NCBI GenBank assembly: GCA_029961055.1 | Contig: JASBVM010000005.1 | Span: 65,487 to 129,486, forward strand | DNA length: 64,000 bases | Direction: 5' to 3' | Source of the DNA: Bacillota bacterium | GTDB taxonomy: Bacteria; Bacillota; Sulfobacillia; JAIMAT01 | Part shown: one piece after another, positions 8,856 to 20,404 of the stretch | How the letters are laid out: every line of letters starts with the position of its first letter | How positions within the stretch are numbered: position 1 is the stretch's first letter | Position numbers and translations under genes: made by a program | Notes under the pieces: generated by a model | What the model saw: only the letters and a program-made list of their open reading frames with translations | What the model was told of the DNA's origin: nothing | Database searches by the model: none

Positions 8856-8970
8856 AACCTGGAAACCGCCGCGAGGCGGGAGGGGCGGCGTCGCTGATCC
8901 GGCGGCCGGGCGGCGGAGATCGGCCGCTCGGCTGGCGGTGCGCCCCGCGTCGGCGGGGCGGCTTTTTTGT
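8856..8970 (+). promoter_or_regulatory. Structured ileS leader with intrinsic terminator (attenuator-like)
   Basis: GNRA hairpin CCGCC-GCGA-GGCGG (8866-8879), stem GCTGATC/GATCGGC, terminator CGCCCCGC-GTCG-GCGGGGCG then GC and T6 (8941-8968). Confidence 0.6.
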
Positions 8971-8995
8971 CGCTGGTTGGAGGGAACGGTGATCC

Positions 8996-11800
8996 ATGGA
9001 CTGGAGCGACACGCTCAACCTTCCCAGGACCGGTTTTCCCATGCGCGCCAACCTGGCCCAACGGGAGCCGGTCATGGAGGAACGGTGGCGGCGGGACCGG
9101 CTCTACGAACGCTTGCGCGAGAGGCGGAGCGGCCGCCCGCGCTTCGTCCTTCATGACGGCCCGCCCTACGCCAACGGCCAGATCCACATCGGCACCGCCA
9201 TGAACAAGATCCTCAAGGACTTCGTGGTCCGCTACGCCAACCTGCGCGGCAAGGACGCCCCGTACGTGCCGGGATGGGACACGCACGGGATGCCCATCGA
9301 GCACCGCGCGCTGGAGGCGCTGGGGCTGGACCGGCACGACCTGGACCCGCTGGAGCTGCGCCACCGCTGCGAGGAGTTTGCGCGCGGATTCATCGGCGTG
9401 ATGACCGACCAGTGCCGCCGCCTGGGCGTCCTGGGCGACTGGGAGCACCCCTACGCCACCCTCGAGCCGGAGTACGAGGCGCGACAGATCGAGCTCTTCG
9501 GCGAGATGGTGCGCAAGGGCTACATCTACAAAGGGCTGAAGCCCGTCTACTGGTGCCCCGTCTGCGAGACCGCCCTGGCCGACGCGGAGATCGAGTTTCA
9601 CGAGATCTCCTCGCCCTCCATCTACGTGGCCTTCGACCCGGTCCCGGGCGAGGGGCGGCTGCCGGCGGGCAGCCGGGCGGTCATCTGGACCACGACGCCG
9701 TGGACGATCCCGGCCAACCAGGCGCTCGCCGTCCACCCGGAGGCGGAGTACGTCGTCTGCGACACCGGCCACGGTCCGCTCCTCCTGGCCCGCCCCCGCG
9801 CCGCCGCGGCGCTGGAGGCCATGGGAATGGGCGCCGACGGCCACGGCGGCCACGGCCAGCCTCGCGTGATCGCCCGCTTCCGCGGCGCCGACCTGGAGGG
9901 GCTCCGCTTCCTGCACCCGCTCTACCCCGACCGCCAGGTGCCGGTGGTCCTGGGCGACCACGTCACGATGGAGGAAGGGACGGGGATCGTTCACACCGCG
10001 CCCGGCCACGGCGAGGAAGACTTCGAAGTGGGTCAGCGGTACGGCCTGCCGGTGCTGGTCCCCCTGGACGACCGCGGCCGCTTCACGGAGGAGGGCTCGC
10101 CCTTCACCGGCCTCTTCTACCAGGAAGCCAACCCGCGCATCGTCGGCGCGCTGGACCGGGCGGGGGCGCTCCTCGCCCAGGGGACGGTGGAGCACAGCTA
10201 CGCCCATTGCTGGCGCTGCAAGAATCCGGTCATCTGGCGTGCCACCGAGCAGTGGTTCGCCTCGGTGGAGCGGTTCCGCACCCGGGCGCTGGAGGCGGTC
10301 GACGAGGTCGAATGGCTTCCTCGCTGGGGGCGGGAGCGGATGCGCGCCATGGTGGAGGGGCGTTCCGACTGGTGCATCTCGCGCCAGCGCGTCTGGGGCG
10401 TCCCCATCCCGGCCTTCTACTGCCGCAACTGCGGCTACCTGCTGCTGAACGGCGAGACGGTGGCGGCCGTGGCCCGCCTCTTCCGCGGGGAAGGCTCCGA
10501 CGCCTGGTGGCGGCACGAGGCGGAGGAGATCCTGCCGCCCGGGACCCGGTGCCCGTCCTGCGGCGCGGAGTCCTGGCGGAAGGAGACCGACACCATGGAC
10601 GTCTGGTTCGACTCCGGCTCCAGCCACGCGGCCGTGCTGCGGGAGCGGCCGGACCTGGACTGGCCGGCCGACGTCTACCTGGAAGGTGGCGACCAGTTCC
10701 GCGGCTGGTTCCAGTCGTCCCTCCTCACCTCGGTGGCCGTCTACGAGCACGCCCCCTACCGGAACGTGATCGCCCACGGCTGGGTGCTGGACGGCCAGGG
10801 ACGGGCGATGCACAAGTCGCTGGGCAACGTGGTGGCGCCCGAAGAGGTGGTCGACCGCTTCGGGGCCGACGTGCTCCGCATCTGGGTGGCCAGCTCCGAC
10901 TACCGGGAGGACATGCGCATCTCCGACGAGATCCTGGATCAGGCGGCCGACGCCTACCGGAAGGTGCGGAACACGCTCCGTTTCCTGCTGGGCAACCTGG
11001 CTGACTACCGGCCGGCGGCAGGCGGCGCGGAGCGGGTGGAGGAGGAACTGGACCGCTGGGTGCTGGCGCGGCTGGCGGAGGTGGCCCAGCGGGCGGCCCA
11101 GGCCCTGGACCGCTTCGACTTCCGGGCCGCCTTCGGCGAGATCTACAACTTCTGTACCAACGATCTGAGCGCCTTCTACCTCGACGTCAGCAAGGACCGG
11201 CTCTACACCCTCACCCCCGATTCGCCGAGGCGGCGCTCGGCGCAGGCGGCCATCTGGATCACCGCGGGGGCGCTGATCCGGATGCTGGCGCTCTTCATCC
11301 CGCACACGGCGGAAGAGGCCTGGCAGTTCCTGCCCAAGGCCGGCGGGGAGCCGGACTCGGTCCACCTGGCCGAGTGGCCGGAGGAGCTCTCCCCGTGGCG
11401 GGACGCCGGACTTCTGGAGCGCTGGCGGGAAGTCCTCGCCATCGGGCAGGAAGCCGCCCGGGCTCTGGAGCAGGCGCGCCAGGGCCGGCGCGTCCAGCGC
11501 TCCCAGGATGCGCTTCTCCGCATCCGCACGACGCCGGCGCGCCGCGCGCTCCTGGCCGCCCTGGGTCCTGCCCTGGCCGACCTTTATCGCGTCGCGCAGG
11601 TCGAGATTGCGGAGGCCGACGGCGCCGAGGGCGAGGAGCGCTTCGAGGTGGAGCCGGCGCCGGGCGAGAAGTGCGACCGCTGCTGGAACGTCCGCCTCGA
11701 CGTGGGCCAGGACCCCGAATACCCGGGCGTCTGTGGCCGCTGCGCCGGCGTGCTCCATGCGCTGCAGGTGCCGCCTCGAGGCGCCGCGGCGCAGACCTAG
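8996..11800 (+). CDS. ileS: Isoleucine--tRNA ligase (type 1)
   Basis: [53 protein letters not shown]-terminal Zn finger KCDRCW...CGRC. Confidence 0.99.
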   Translation: MDWSDTLNLPRTGFPMRANLAQREPVMEERWRRDRLYERLRERRSGRPRFVLHDGPPYANGQIHIGTAMNKILKDFVVRYANLRGKDAPYVPGWDTHGMPIEHRALEALGLDRHDLDPLELRHRCEEFARGFIGVMTDQCRRLGVLGDWEHPYATLEPEYEARQIELFGEMVRKGYIYKGLKPVYWCPVCETALADAEIEFHEISSPSIYVAFDPVPGEGRLPAGSRAVIWTTTPWTIPANQALAVHPEAEYVVCDTGHGPLLLARPRAAAALEAMGMGADGHGGHGQPRVIARFRGADLEGLRFLHPLYPDRQVPVVLGDHVTMEEGTGIVHTAPGHGEEDFEVGQRYGLPVLVPLDDRGRFTEEGSPFTGLFYQEANPRIVGALDRAGALLAQGTVEHSYAHCWRCKNPVIWRATEQWFASVERFRTRALEAVDEVEWLPRWGRERMRAMVEGRSDWCISRQRVWGVPIPAFYCRNCGYLLLNGETVAAVARLFRGEGSDAWWRHEAEEILPPGTRCPSCGAESWRKETDTMDVWFDSGSSHAAVLRERPDLDWPADVYLEGGDQFRGWFQSSLLTSVAVYEHAPYRNVIAHGWVLDGQGRAMHKSLGNVVAPEEVVDRFGADVLRIWVASSDYREDMRISDEILDQAADAYRKVRNTLRFLLGNLADYRPAAGGAERVEEELDRWVLARLAEVAQRAAQALDRFDFRAAFGEIYNFCTNDLSAFYLDVSKDRLYTLTPDSPRRRSAQAAIWITAGALIRMLALFIPHTAEEAWQFLPKAGGEPDSVHLAEWPEELSPWRDAGLLERWREVLAIGQEAARALEQARQGRRVQRSQDALLRIRTTPARRALLAALGPALADLYRVAQVEIAEADGAEGEERFEVEPAPGEKCDRCWNVRLDVGQDPEYPGVCGRCAGVLHALQVPPRGAAAQT

Positions 11801-11860
11801 CGCGGCCCCGCCACCTGCGCGCCCAACACCCGGACGGGGTCCGGAGAAGGGAGGATGTGC

Positions 11861-12322
11861 ATGATCGAGATCGGTCAACCGGCGCCCGACTTCCGCCTGC
11901 CCGCCACGCGGGTGGGCGAGGTCTCGCTCTCCGACTTCAGGGGCCGGAACGTCTATCTGATCTTCTATCCCAAGGACAACACGCCGGGCTGCCGGCGGCA
12001 GCTGAGCGCCGCCCGCGACGCCATCCAGGCCTACGAAGAGCGCGGGACGGCGGTGCTGGCGGTCAACCCCGGCAGTCTCAACTCGCACGAGAAGTGGAGC
12101 GAGAAGGAGGGCTTCCCCTTCCCCATCGCGGTGGACGCGGACCGCTCGGTGGCCGCCGCCTACGATGCCCTCAAGGAGAACGGGACCAGCATCCAGCGGA
12201 CCGTCTACCTCATCGACCGCGACGGCGTCGTCCGCTATGCCAAGCGCGGCATGCCCTCCACCGAGGAGCTGCTGGCCGAGATCGACGCCATCAACGCGGG
12301 CTCCCGCACCACCGGGAGCTGA
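11861..12322 (+). CDS. Peroxiredoxin (BCP/PrxQ, AhpC-TSA family)
   Basis: GQPAPDFRL, FYPKDNTPGC, RTVYLIDRDGVVRY; single catalytic Cys; ATG 11861 after GGAGG. Confidence 0.9.
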   Translation: MIEIGQPAPDFRLPATRVGEVSLSDFRGRNVYLIFYPKDNTPGCRRQLSAARDAIQAYEERGTAVLAVNPGSLNSHEKWSEKEGFPFPIAVDADRSVAAAYDALKENGTSIQRTVYLIDRDGVVRYAKRGMPSTEELLAEIDAINAGSRTTGS

Positions 12323-12343
12323 GGACCGGCCATCCAGGGTTGC

Positions 12344-12374
12344 GTTTTGAGCGGCTCCCGCCCCGGGGAGGCTA
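12344..12374 (+). promoter_or_regulatory. Possible sigmaF/sigmaG-type promoter for the yteA-like gene
   Basis: GTTTT-16 nt-GGGGAGGCTA. Confidence 0.3.
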
Positions 12375-12395
12375 CCTTCCGGGGGGGAGCCTTGG

Positions 12396-12845
12396 GTGTC
12401 TCTGCGCGAGGAGCTGCGCCGGCGTCTGGAGGCGGAGATCGACTCGCTCCGCCGGCGCATCGGCCATCTGGAGGGAGGGCTCGGCCGGAGTCTCGGCGAT
12501 GCCCTGGGGGAGCTCTCCACCTACGACAACCATCCCGCCGACATCGGCGACGAGCTCTTCCAGCGGAGCCAGGACCTGGCCTTCCGCAACCGCTGGGAAC
12601 GCCGGTTGGCGGATCTGGAGGCGGCGCTCCAGCGGATGGAGGAGGGCACGTACGGCTATTGCCAGCGCTGCGGGCGCCCCATCGAGGTGGAGCGGCTGAA
12701 GGCGGTCCCCGAGGCGCGCCTCTGCGCCGGCTGCCAGCGGGCTCTGGAGGCGAAGGCGGGCCCGGAGCGCGACCGCCCGGCGGAGGAAGGGCTCCTCTCG
12801 CCGCCCTTCGGGCCGGGCCGGGAGCCGCCCGGGGAGGGTGGCTGA
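12396..12845 (+). CDS. TraR/DksA C4 zinc-finger protein, YteA sporulation family (short form)
   Basis: GELSTYDNHPADIG, GTYGYCQRCGRPIEVERLKAVPEARLCAGC, RPAEE. Confidence 0.9.
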   Translation: MSLREELRRRLEAEIDSLRRRIGHLEGGLGRSLGDALGELSTYDNHPADIGDELFQRSQDLAFRNRWERRLADLEAALQRMEEGTYGYCQRCGRPIEVERLKAVPEARLCAGCQRALEAKAGPERDRPAEEGLLSPPFGPGREPPGEGG

Positions 12846-12918
12846 GCCGCCTTGCTCCGTCTGTTCCGGCCGGGGGGAGGCCGGCAGCCGGTGGAGGCGG
12901 GGTCCCTCTTCCGGTGCG

Positions 12919-12927
12919 TGCTAGAAT
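12919..12927 (+). promoter_or_regulatory. Extended -10 sigmaA promoter for lspA-rluD
   Basis: TGcTAGAAT, 24 nt upstream of the GTG. Confidence 0.5.
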
Positions 12928-12951
12928 AGCGCGGTCGGAGGAGGGGACGGG

Positions 12952-13404
12952 GTGACCTTCGCCTGGGTGGCGCTGGCGGTGCTTGCGCTGGACTGGCTGA
13001 GCAAGCTGGCCGTGCGACGCTGGATGACGCCGGGCGAGTCCATCGCCGTCGTGCCCGGCGTCTTCCATCTCACGTACACCCGGAACACCGGCGCCGCCTT
13101 CAGCCTCTTCCAGGGGGGGAGCGACTGGTTGGCCGGCGTCAGCCTGGTGATCGCGGCCGGCGTCGTCCTCTTCGCCCTGCGCCAGGGGCGCGGCAGGCCC
13201 TGGCTGCAGGTGGCGCTGGGGCTGGTCCTGGGAGGGGCGTTGGGCAACCTGGTCGACCGTCTCTCGCGGGGCTGGGTGGTGGACTTCCTCGATTTCCGCA
13301 TCTGGCCGGTCTTCAACCTGGCCGACAGCTCGGTCGTGGTGGGCGCCCTTCTTCTGGCCTGGCAGCTCCTGGCGGGCGATTCCCCGGCTCGGCCGGACGC
13401 CTGA
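12952..13404 (+). CDS. lspA: Lipoprotein signal peptidase II
   Basis: DWLSK, NTGAAFS, GGALGNLVDR, VVDFL, FNLAD. Confidence 0.97.
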   Translation: MTFAWVALAVLALDWLSKLAVRRWMTPGESIAVVPGVFHLTYTRNTGAAFSLFQGGSDWLAGVSLVIAAGVVLFALRQGRGRPWLQVALGLVLGGALGNLVDRLSRGWVVDFLDFRIWPVFNLADSSVVVGALLLAWQLLAGDSPARPDA

Positions 13405-16421
<3,017 letters not shown>

Positions 16422-16439
16422 CCGCGCGCGGCGGGCGAC

Positions 16440-17642
16440 ATGGTCTGGAACGGGCACTGGGACAGCGATCCGGTGGCGCTGGTCTGGGACCGGCGTCTGC
16501 TCCGTTACCGGTTCGGCGAGGGGCATCCCTTCGATCCGCTCCGCCTGGAGTTGCTCATCCACCTGCTGGAGAGCGCCGGGCTGCTCCGGCCGGGCGACAT
16601 CCTCCGCCCGAGGGCGGCCAGCCGCGCCGAACTGGAGGTCGCCCACGACCCGGACTACCTGGAGGCGCTGGAGCGGATGAGCCGCTCCGGGGAGGCGGAG
16701 CCGGGAGCCGAGCGGTTCGGGCTGGGGACGGAGGACGACCCGGTCTTCGCGGGCATGGCGGAGGCGGCCGCCTGGGTGGCGGGGGGTGCGCTGGAGGCGG
16801 CGGACGGGGTGGGCAGCGGGCGCTTCCTCCACCTCTTCCATCCCGCCGGGGGGCTCCACCATGCGCAGCGGGGCCGGGCCTCCGGTTTCTGCCTGGTCAA
16901 CGACGTGGTCCTGGCCATCGAGCGCCTGCGCCGGCGGTGGGGTCTCCGCGTCGCCTACGTGGACATCGACGCCCACCACGGTGACGGCGTCCAGGCCGCC
17001 TTCTACGAGGCGGCCGACCTGCTCTTCATCTCCCTGCACGAGACCGGCCGCTATCTCTTCCCCGGGACGGGCTCCATCGACGAGCGCGGGCGGGGCGCGG
17101 GGAGAGGGAACTTCTGGAACGTCCCGCTGGACGCCTTCACCGAAGACGGCTCCTGGATCGAGGCCTTCCGGCGGGTGGTCCCCCCCCTCCTGGAGCGGTT
17201 CGCCCCCGACGTGCTGGTCAGCCAGCACGGGGCGGACGGGCACCGGCTCGATCCGCTCACCCACCTGGCCCTGACCACCCGCAGCTACCAGGTGGCGGCC
17301 GAGGAGCTCCACCGCCTGGCCCACCGGCTCTGCGACGGGCGCTGGCTCGCCTTCGGCGGGGGCGGCTACGCCGTCTGGGAGGTGGTGCCCCGCGTCTGGG
17401 CGCTCCTCTGGGCGGAGCTGACGGGCCGACCGCTTCCGCAGCGGATCCCGGACGAGTGGCTCCGGCGCTGGCAGCCGCTCAGCCCGGTCCCCCTGCCGCG
17501 GCACTTCCTGGACGCCGAGGCCGGCGAGGAAGGGGCCTTCGCCCCGATCCCGCGCCGCCCCCTGATCGAGGAGTTCAACCGGCGGACGGTCGACCGGCTG
17601 CTCGGCCTTCCCGCCGGCTCAGGCGGGGCCGGACGCGCCTGA
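16440..17642 (+). CDS. acuC: AcuC-like Zn-dependent deacetylase (HDAC family)
   Basis: YRFGEGHPFDPLR, GGLHHA, GFCLVND, DIDAHHGDG, SLHETGRYLFPGTG, GADGHRLDPL, GGGGY. Confidence 0.9.
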   Translation: MVWNGHWDSDPVALVWDRRLLRYRFGEGHPFDPLRLELLIHLLESAGLLRPGDILRPRAASRAELEVAHDPDYLEALERMSRSGEAEPGAERFGLGTEDDPVFAGMAEAAAWVAGGALEAADGVGSGRFLHLFHPAGGLHHAQRGRASGFCLVNDVVLAIERLRRRWGLRVAYVDIDAHHGDGVQAAFYEAADLLFISLHETGRYLFPGTGSIDERGRGAGRGNFWNVPLDAFTEDGSWIEAFRRVVPPLLERFAPDVLVSQHGADGHRLDPLTHLALTTRSYQVAAEELHRLAHRLCDGRWLAFGGGGYAVWEVVPRVWALLWAELTGRPLPQRIPDEWLRRWQPLSPVPLPRHFLDAEAGEEGAFAPIPRRPLIEEFNRRTVDRLLGLPAGSGGAGRA

Positions 17643-19457
17643 GCCCGCGACGCCGGAGAGGCTGCGCAGATCCGCCTCCAGCTCCGGGTCGGGGCGGACG
17701 GCCAGCGTCCGCTCGTTCCGGTAGAGGACGAAACCGGGCGGGGCACCGCGGGGCTTCCAGACGTTCCGGCGCTCCGTCCAGTCCACCTCCACCGAGGAGG
17801 AGCGGCGGCCGCCCGAGTGGAGGGCGGCCAGCGCGGCCGCCTCGAGGCGCGTCCGCTCCGGAGGCTGCTCCCGTCCGCGGACCGGCAGGAGGACGTGGGC
17901 GCCCGGGAGCCCCCGGGCGTGGAACCAGAGGTCGTCGGGCCGGGCCAGGCGCATGGTCAGCTCCTCGTTCTGCCGGTTGTTCCGGCCCAGCCAGATCTCC
18001 CAGCCGTCATGGGAGAGGAGCCGCAGCGGCCCCGTGGAGGCGGGCGGCTCCCGCCTCCGGGCCCGGGTGTGCCGCGGCGCGGGGAGCAGCCCCTCCGCCT
18101 CCATCTCCGCCTCCACGTCCGCCAGCTCCGCCGGGTTCTCCGCCTCCTCCAGCTCCAGCAGCACCGACTCCAGGTAGCGGAGCCGCTCCTCCGTCGCGGC
18201 CAGCACCGGCTCCAGGTGCTGCCTGCGGCGGACCGCCCTGCGGTAGCGGTGGAAGAGGCGCTGCGCCCGCTCCACCGGGCGCTCGCCGGGCTCCAGCTCC
18301 AGCCGCCGGAGCGGCTGGCCGGCTTCGAAGTGGTCGGGCACGTCCAGCCCGCGCTGGCCCGGCGCGAAGCTGGCCGCATAGGCGAGGAGCAGCTCGGCCT
18401 CACGGCGCCAGGCGTCGGCTTCCCCCGCCTCCTCCAGCTCCCGCCGCTGGGCCTCGAGGCGGCGGCGGAGGCGCTCCACCTCCGCCCGCACCGGCTGGAG
18501 CAGGGTGCGCCGGCGGCGCTCGAGATGCCATCGCTCCCCGCGCCGGGCGAGCGTCTCCGCCACCGCCTGGCTGACCGTGGCCACCGGGCGGAGGCGCGGC
18601 CGCCCGGCAGGAAGCCCTTCCGGCAGCACCGCCACCGCCTCCTCGGCACCCGGCTCCTCCATCACCGCGGGCCGGAAGTCGCCGCGCCCCGCCGCCCCGA
18701 GCATGGCCGCCACCCGGCCGGCCAGGCGGGCGAGCGCCGCCGGCTCCTCGGGCAGCCGTCCCGCCCCGCCCTGGCCAGCCGCCTCCAGGGCGAGGCGCGC
18801 GTGGGCCGGGCCCATCCCCGCCACCGCGGCGGCCAGCGCCTTGGCCGCCGGGCGGCCGGTCCGGGCGGCCGCGGCCAGCCGCTCGAGCAGCGCCGCCTCG
18901 CCCTCCTCGGGCTGCCAGCGCGGCTCCCGCGGCGGCGGCGGCAGCTGGTAGGGGAGGCCGGGCAGGACCGGGCGGGCCGGGTTCTCGTCCGGGCTGGCGC
19001 GGCGGAGCGCGTCCAGGATGCGGCCGTCCTCCCCCACGAGGAGCAGGTTGGAGCGCGTGCCCATCAGCTCCGCCACCAGCTCGTAGCGGGCCGGGTCGCC
19101 CAGCGCGTCCCGCCCCAGGAAGCCCAGCCGCAGGATCCGCTCCCAGCCCGGCTGGTCCACCCCGGTCAGGCGCGCCCCTCCCAGGTGCCGGCGGAGCTGC
19201 GCGAGCCAGAAGCCGGGGCGGTCCGGCGGCTCCGCGCCCGGCCCGTCCGGCCCTCCCGGCAGGCGGGGCGGGTCCAGCAGAACCCCGTCCGCCTGCGGCT
19301 CGAGCGAGAGCTCCAGCCAGTGAAGCGTCCCGTCGGCGAGACGCAGGCGGAAGCCGAAGCTCCGCTCGCCCGTCGCCGTCACCTTCTGGACGCGCGCCCC
19401 GGCCAGGCGTCCGCCCAGCTCCAGGGCCAGGGCGCGCAAGAGGATCCCGTCCGGCAG
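17619..19457 (-). CDS. rqcH: Ribosome quality-control factor RqcH (NFACT/FbpA family)
   Basis: ERILRL, LVAELMGTRSNLLL, GRNNRQNEELT, WFHARGLPGAHV, AALAALHS, VWKPRGAPPGFVLY. Probable CTG start at 19457; the track uses TTG 19439. Confidence 0.92.
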   Translation of the reverse strand: MPDGILLRALALELGGRLAGARVQKVTATGERSFGFRLRLADGTLHWLELSLEPQADGVLLDPPRLPGGPDGPGAEPPDRPGFWLAQLRRHLGGARLTGVDQPGWERILRLGFLGRDALGDPARYELVAELMGTRSNLLLVGEDGRILDALRRASPDENPARPVLPGLPYQLPPPPREPRWQPEEGEAALLERLAAAARTGRPAAKALAAAVAGMGPAHARLALEAAGQGGAGRLPEEPAALARLAGRVAAMLGAAGRGDFRPAVMEEPGAEEAVAVLPEGLPAGRPRLRPVATVSQAVAETLARRGERWHLERRRRTLLQPVRAEVERLRRRLEAQRRELEEAGEADAWRREAELLLAYAASFAPGQRGLDVPDHFEAGQPLRRLELEPGERPVERAQRLFHRYRRAVRRRQHLEPVLAATEERLRYLESVLLELEEAENPAELADVEAEMEAEGLLPAPRHTRARRREPPASTGPLRLLSHDGWEIWLGRNNRQNEELTMRLARPDDLWFHARGLPGAHVLLPVRGREQPPERTRLEAAALAALHSGGRRSSSVEVDWTERRNVWKPRGAPPGFVLYRNERTLAVRPDPELEADLRSLSGVAGSGASGPA

Positions 19458-19481
19458 CCTTCCTCACCCCGCCCGCCCGCG

Positions 19482-19490
19482 AGGATACCA
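19482..19490 (-). promoter_or_regulatory. Extended -10 promoter for rqcH
   Basis: Minus strand TGgTATCCT. Confidence 0.45.
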
Positions 19491-19510
19491 TAGGGCCCGG
19501 GGGTGAGAGG

Positions 19511-20383
19511 GTGGAGGAGCGGAGAGGCCCTGCCGTGCCCCCGGGGCTGGAGGGCCGGGTGGAGCTGGCACGCGAGGCGGCGCAGGAGGCGGCCGCCCTC
19601 CTCCTGGAGGGGCTGGGCGTGCTGCACCGGGTGGAGGTGAAGAGCTCGCCCGCCGACCTGGTCAGCGAGGTGGACCGCCGCTCCGAGGAAGCGATCCGCT
19701 CCCGCGTGCGCGCGCGCTTCCCCGGGGACGCCTTCCTGGGGGAGGAGGGGGGGACCGGGTCCGGCCCCGGCGCGGCGCCGCAGCGGGCGGGCGCCCTGCC
19801 CTGGGCGCGCGGCTGGTGCTGGGTGGTCGACCCGCTGGACGGCACCAACAACTACCTGCACGGGATCCCCTTCTTCGCCGTCTCCATGGCCCTCCTGGAG
19901 GACGGGCGGCTCCGCTACGGGCTGACGCTGGACCCGGTGCGCGGGGAGCGGTTCGAGGCCTGGCCGGGCGGTGGCGCGTGGCTGGGCGAGCGGCCGCTCC
20001 ACGTCAGCCGCGAGGAGCGGATCCCCTTCTCCCTGGTCGCCACCGGCTTCCCCTTCGACCGGCGGGGCCACCGGCGGAACCTGGACCGGCTGGCGGCGGT
20101 GGCCGACCGGGTGCAGAACGTGCGCACCCTCGGCTCGGCCGCGCTGGCACTGGCCTACGTGGCGGCCGGGCGGCTGGAGGCCTTCTGGGAGCTCCACCTG
20201 GCCCCCTGGGACATGGCGGCGGGCGCGCTCCTGGTCCGCGAGGCGGGGGGAAGCGTCAGCGACGCCGACGGCCGGCCTTTCCGCCTGGAGGGTGGGACCG
20301 TCCTGGCGGGCGCGCCGGCGGTCCACGACTGGCTGAAGGGGGTCTTCGGCGGGGCCGGTCTCTCCTCGTCCCGGGAGTCATAG
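19511..20383 (+). CDS. suhB: Inositol monophosphatase family protein (SuhB-like)
   Basis: DLVSEVD, LGEE, WVVDPLDGTNNY, GSAALALAYVAAG, WDMAAG. Confidence 0.9.
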   Translation: MEERRGPAVPPGLEGRVELAREAAQEAAALLLEGLGVLHRVEVKSSPADLVSEVDRRSEEAIRSRVRARFPGDAFLGEEGGTGSGPGAAPQRAGALPWARGWCWVVDPLDGTNNYLHGIPFFAVSMALLEDGRLRYGLTLDPVRGERFEAWPGGGAWLGERPLHVSREERIPFSLVATGFPFDRRGHRRNLDRLAAVADRVQNVRTLGSAALALAYVAAGRLEAFWELHLAPWDMAAGALLVREAGGSVSDADGRPFRLEGGTVLAGAPAVHDWLKGVFGGAGLSSSRES

Positions 20384-20404
20384 CCCTGGGACGGAGGTTG
20401 AGCC

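Noticed and set aside
8856..8890. Resemblance of GGAAACC-GCC-GCGA-GGC-GGGA to c-di-GMP-I riboswitch P2
   Set aside because: Lacks the following CGCAAAGC junction and a tetraloop-receptor P3.
8843..12520. Very long antisense or alternate-frame ORFs (also 14925..17504, 20378..23218, 43749..46265, 45982..48420, 53670..56297)
   Set aside because: Shadows of real genes in very GC-rich DNA where stop codons are rare; Arg/Pro/Gly/Ala-rich with no family motifs.
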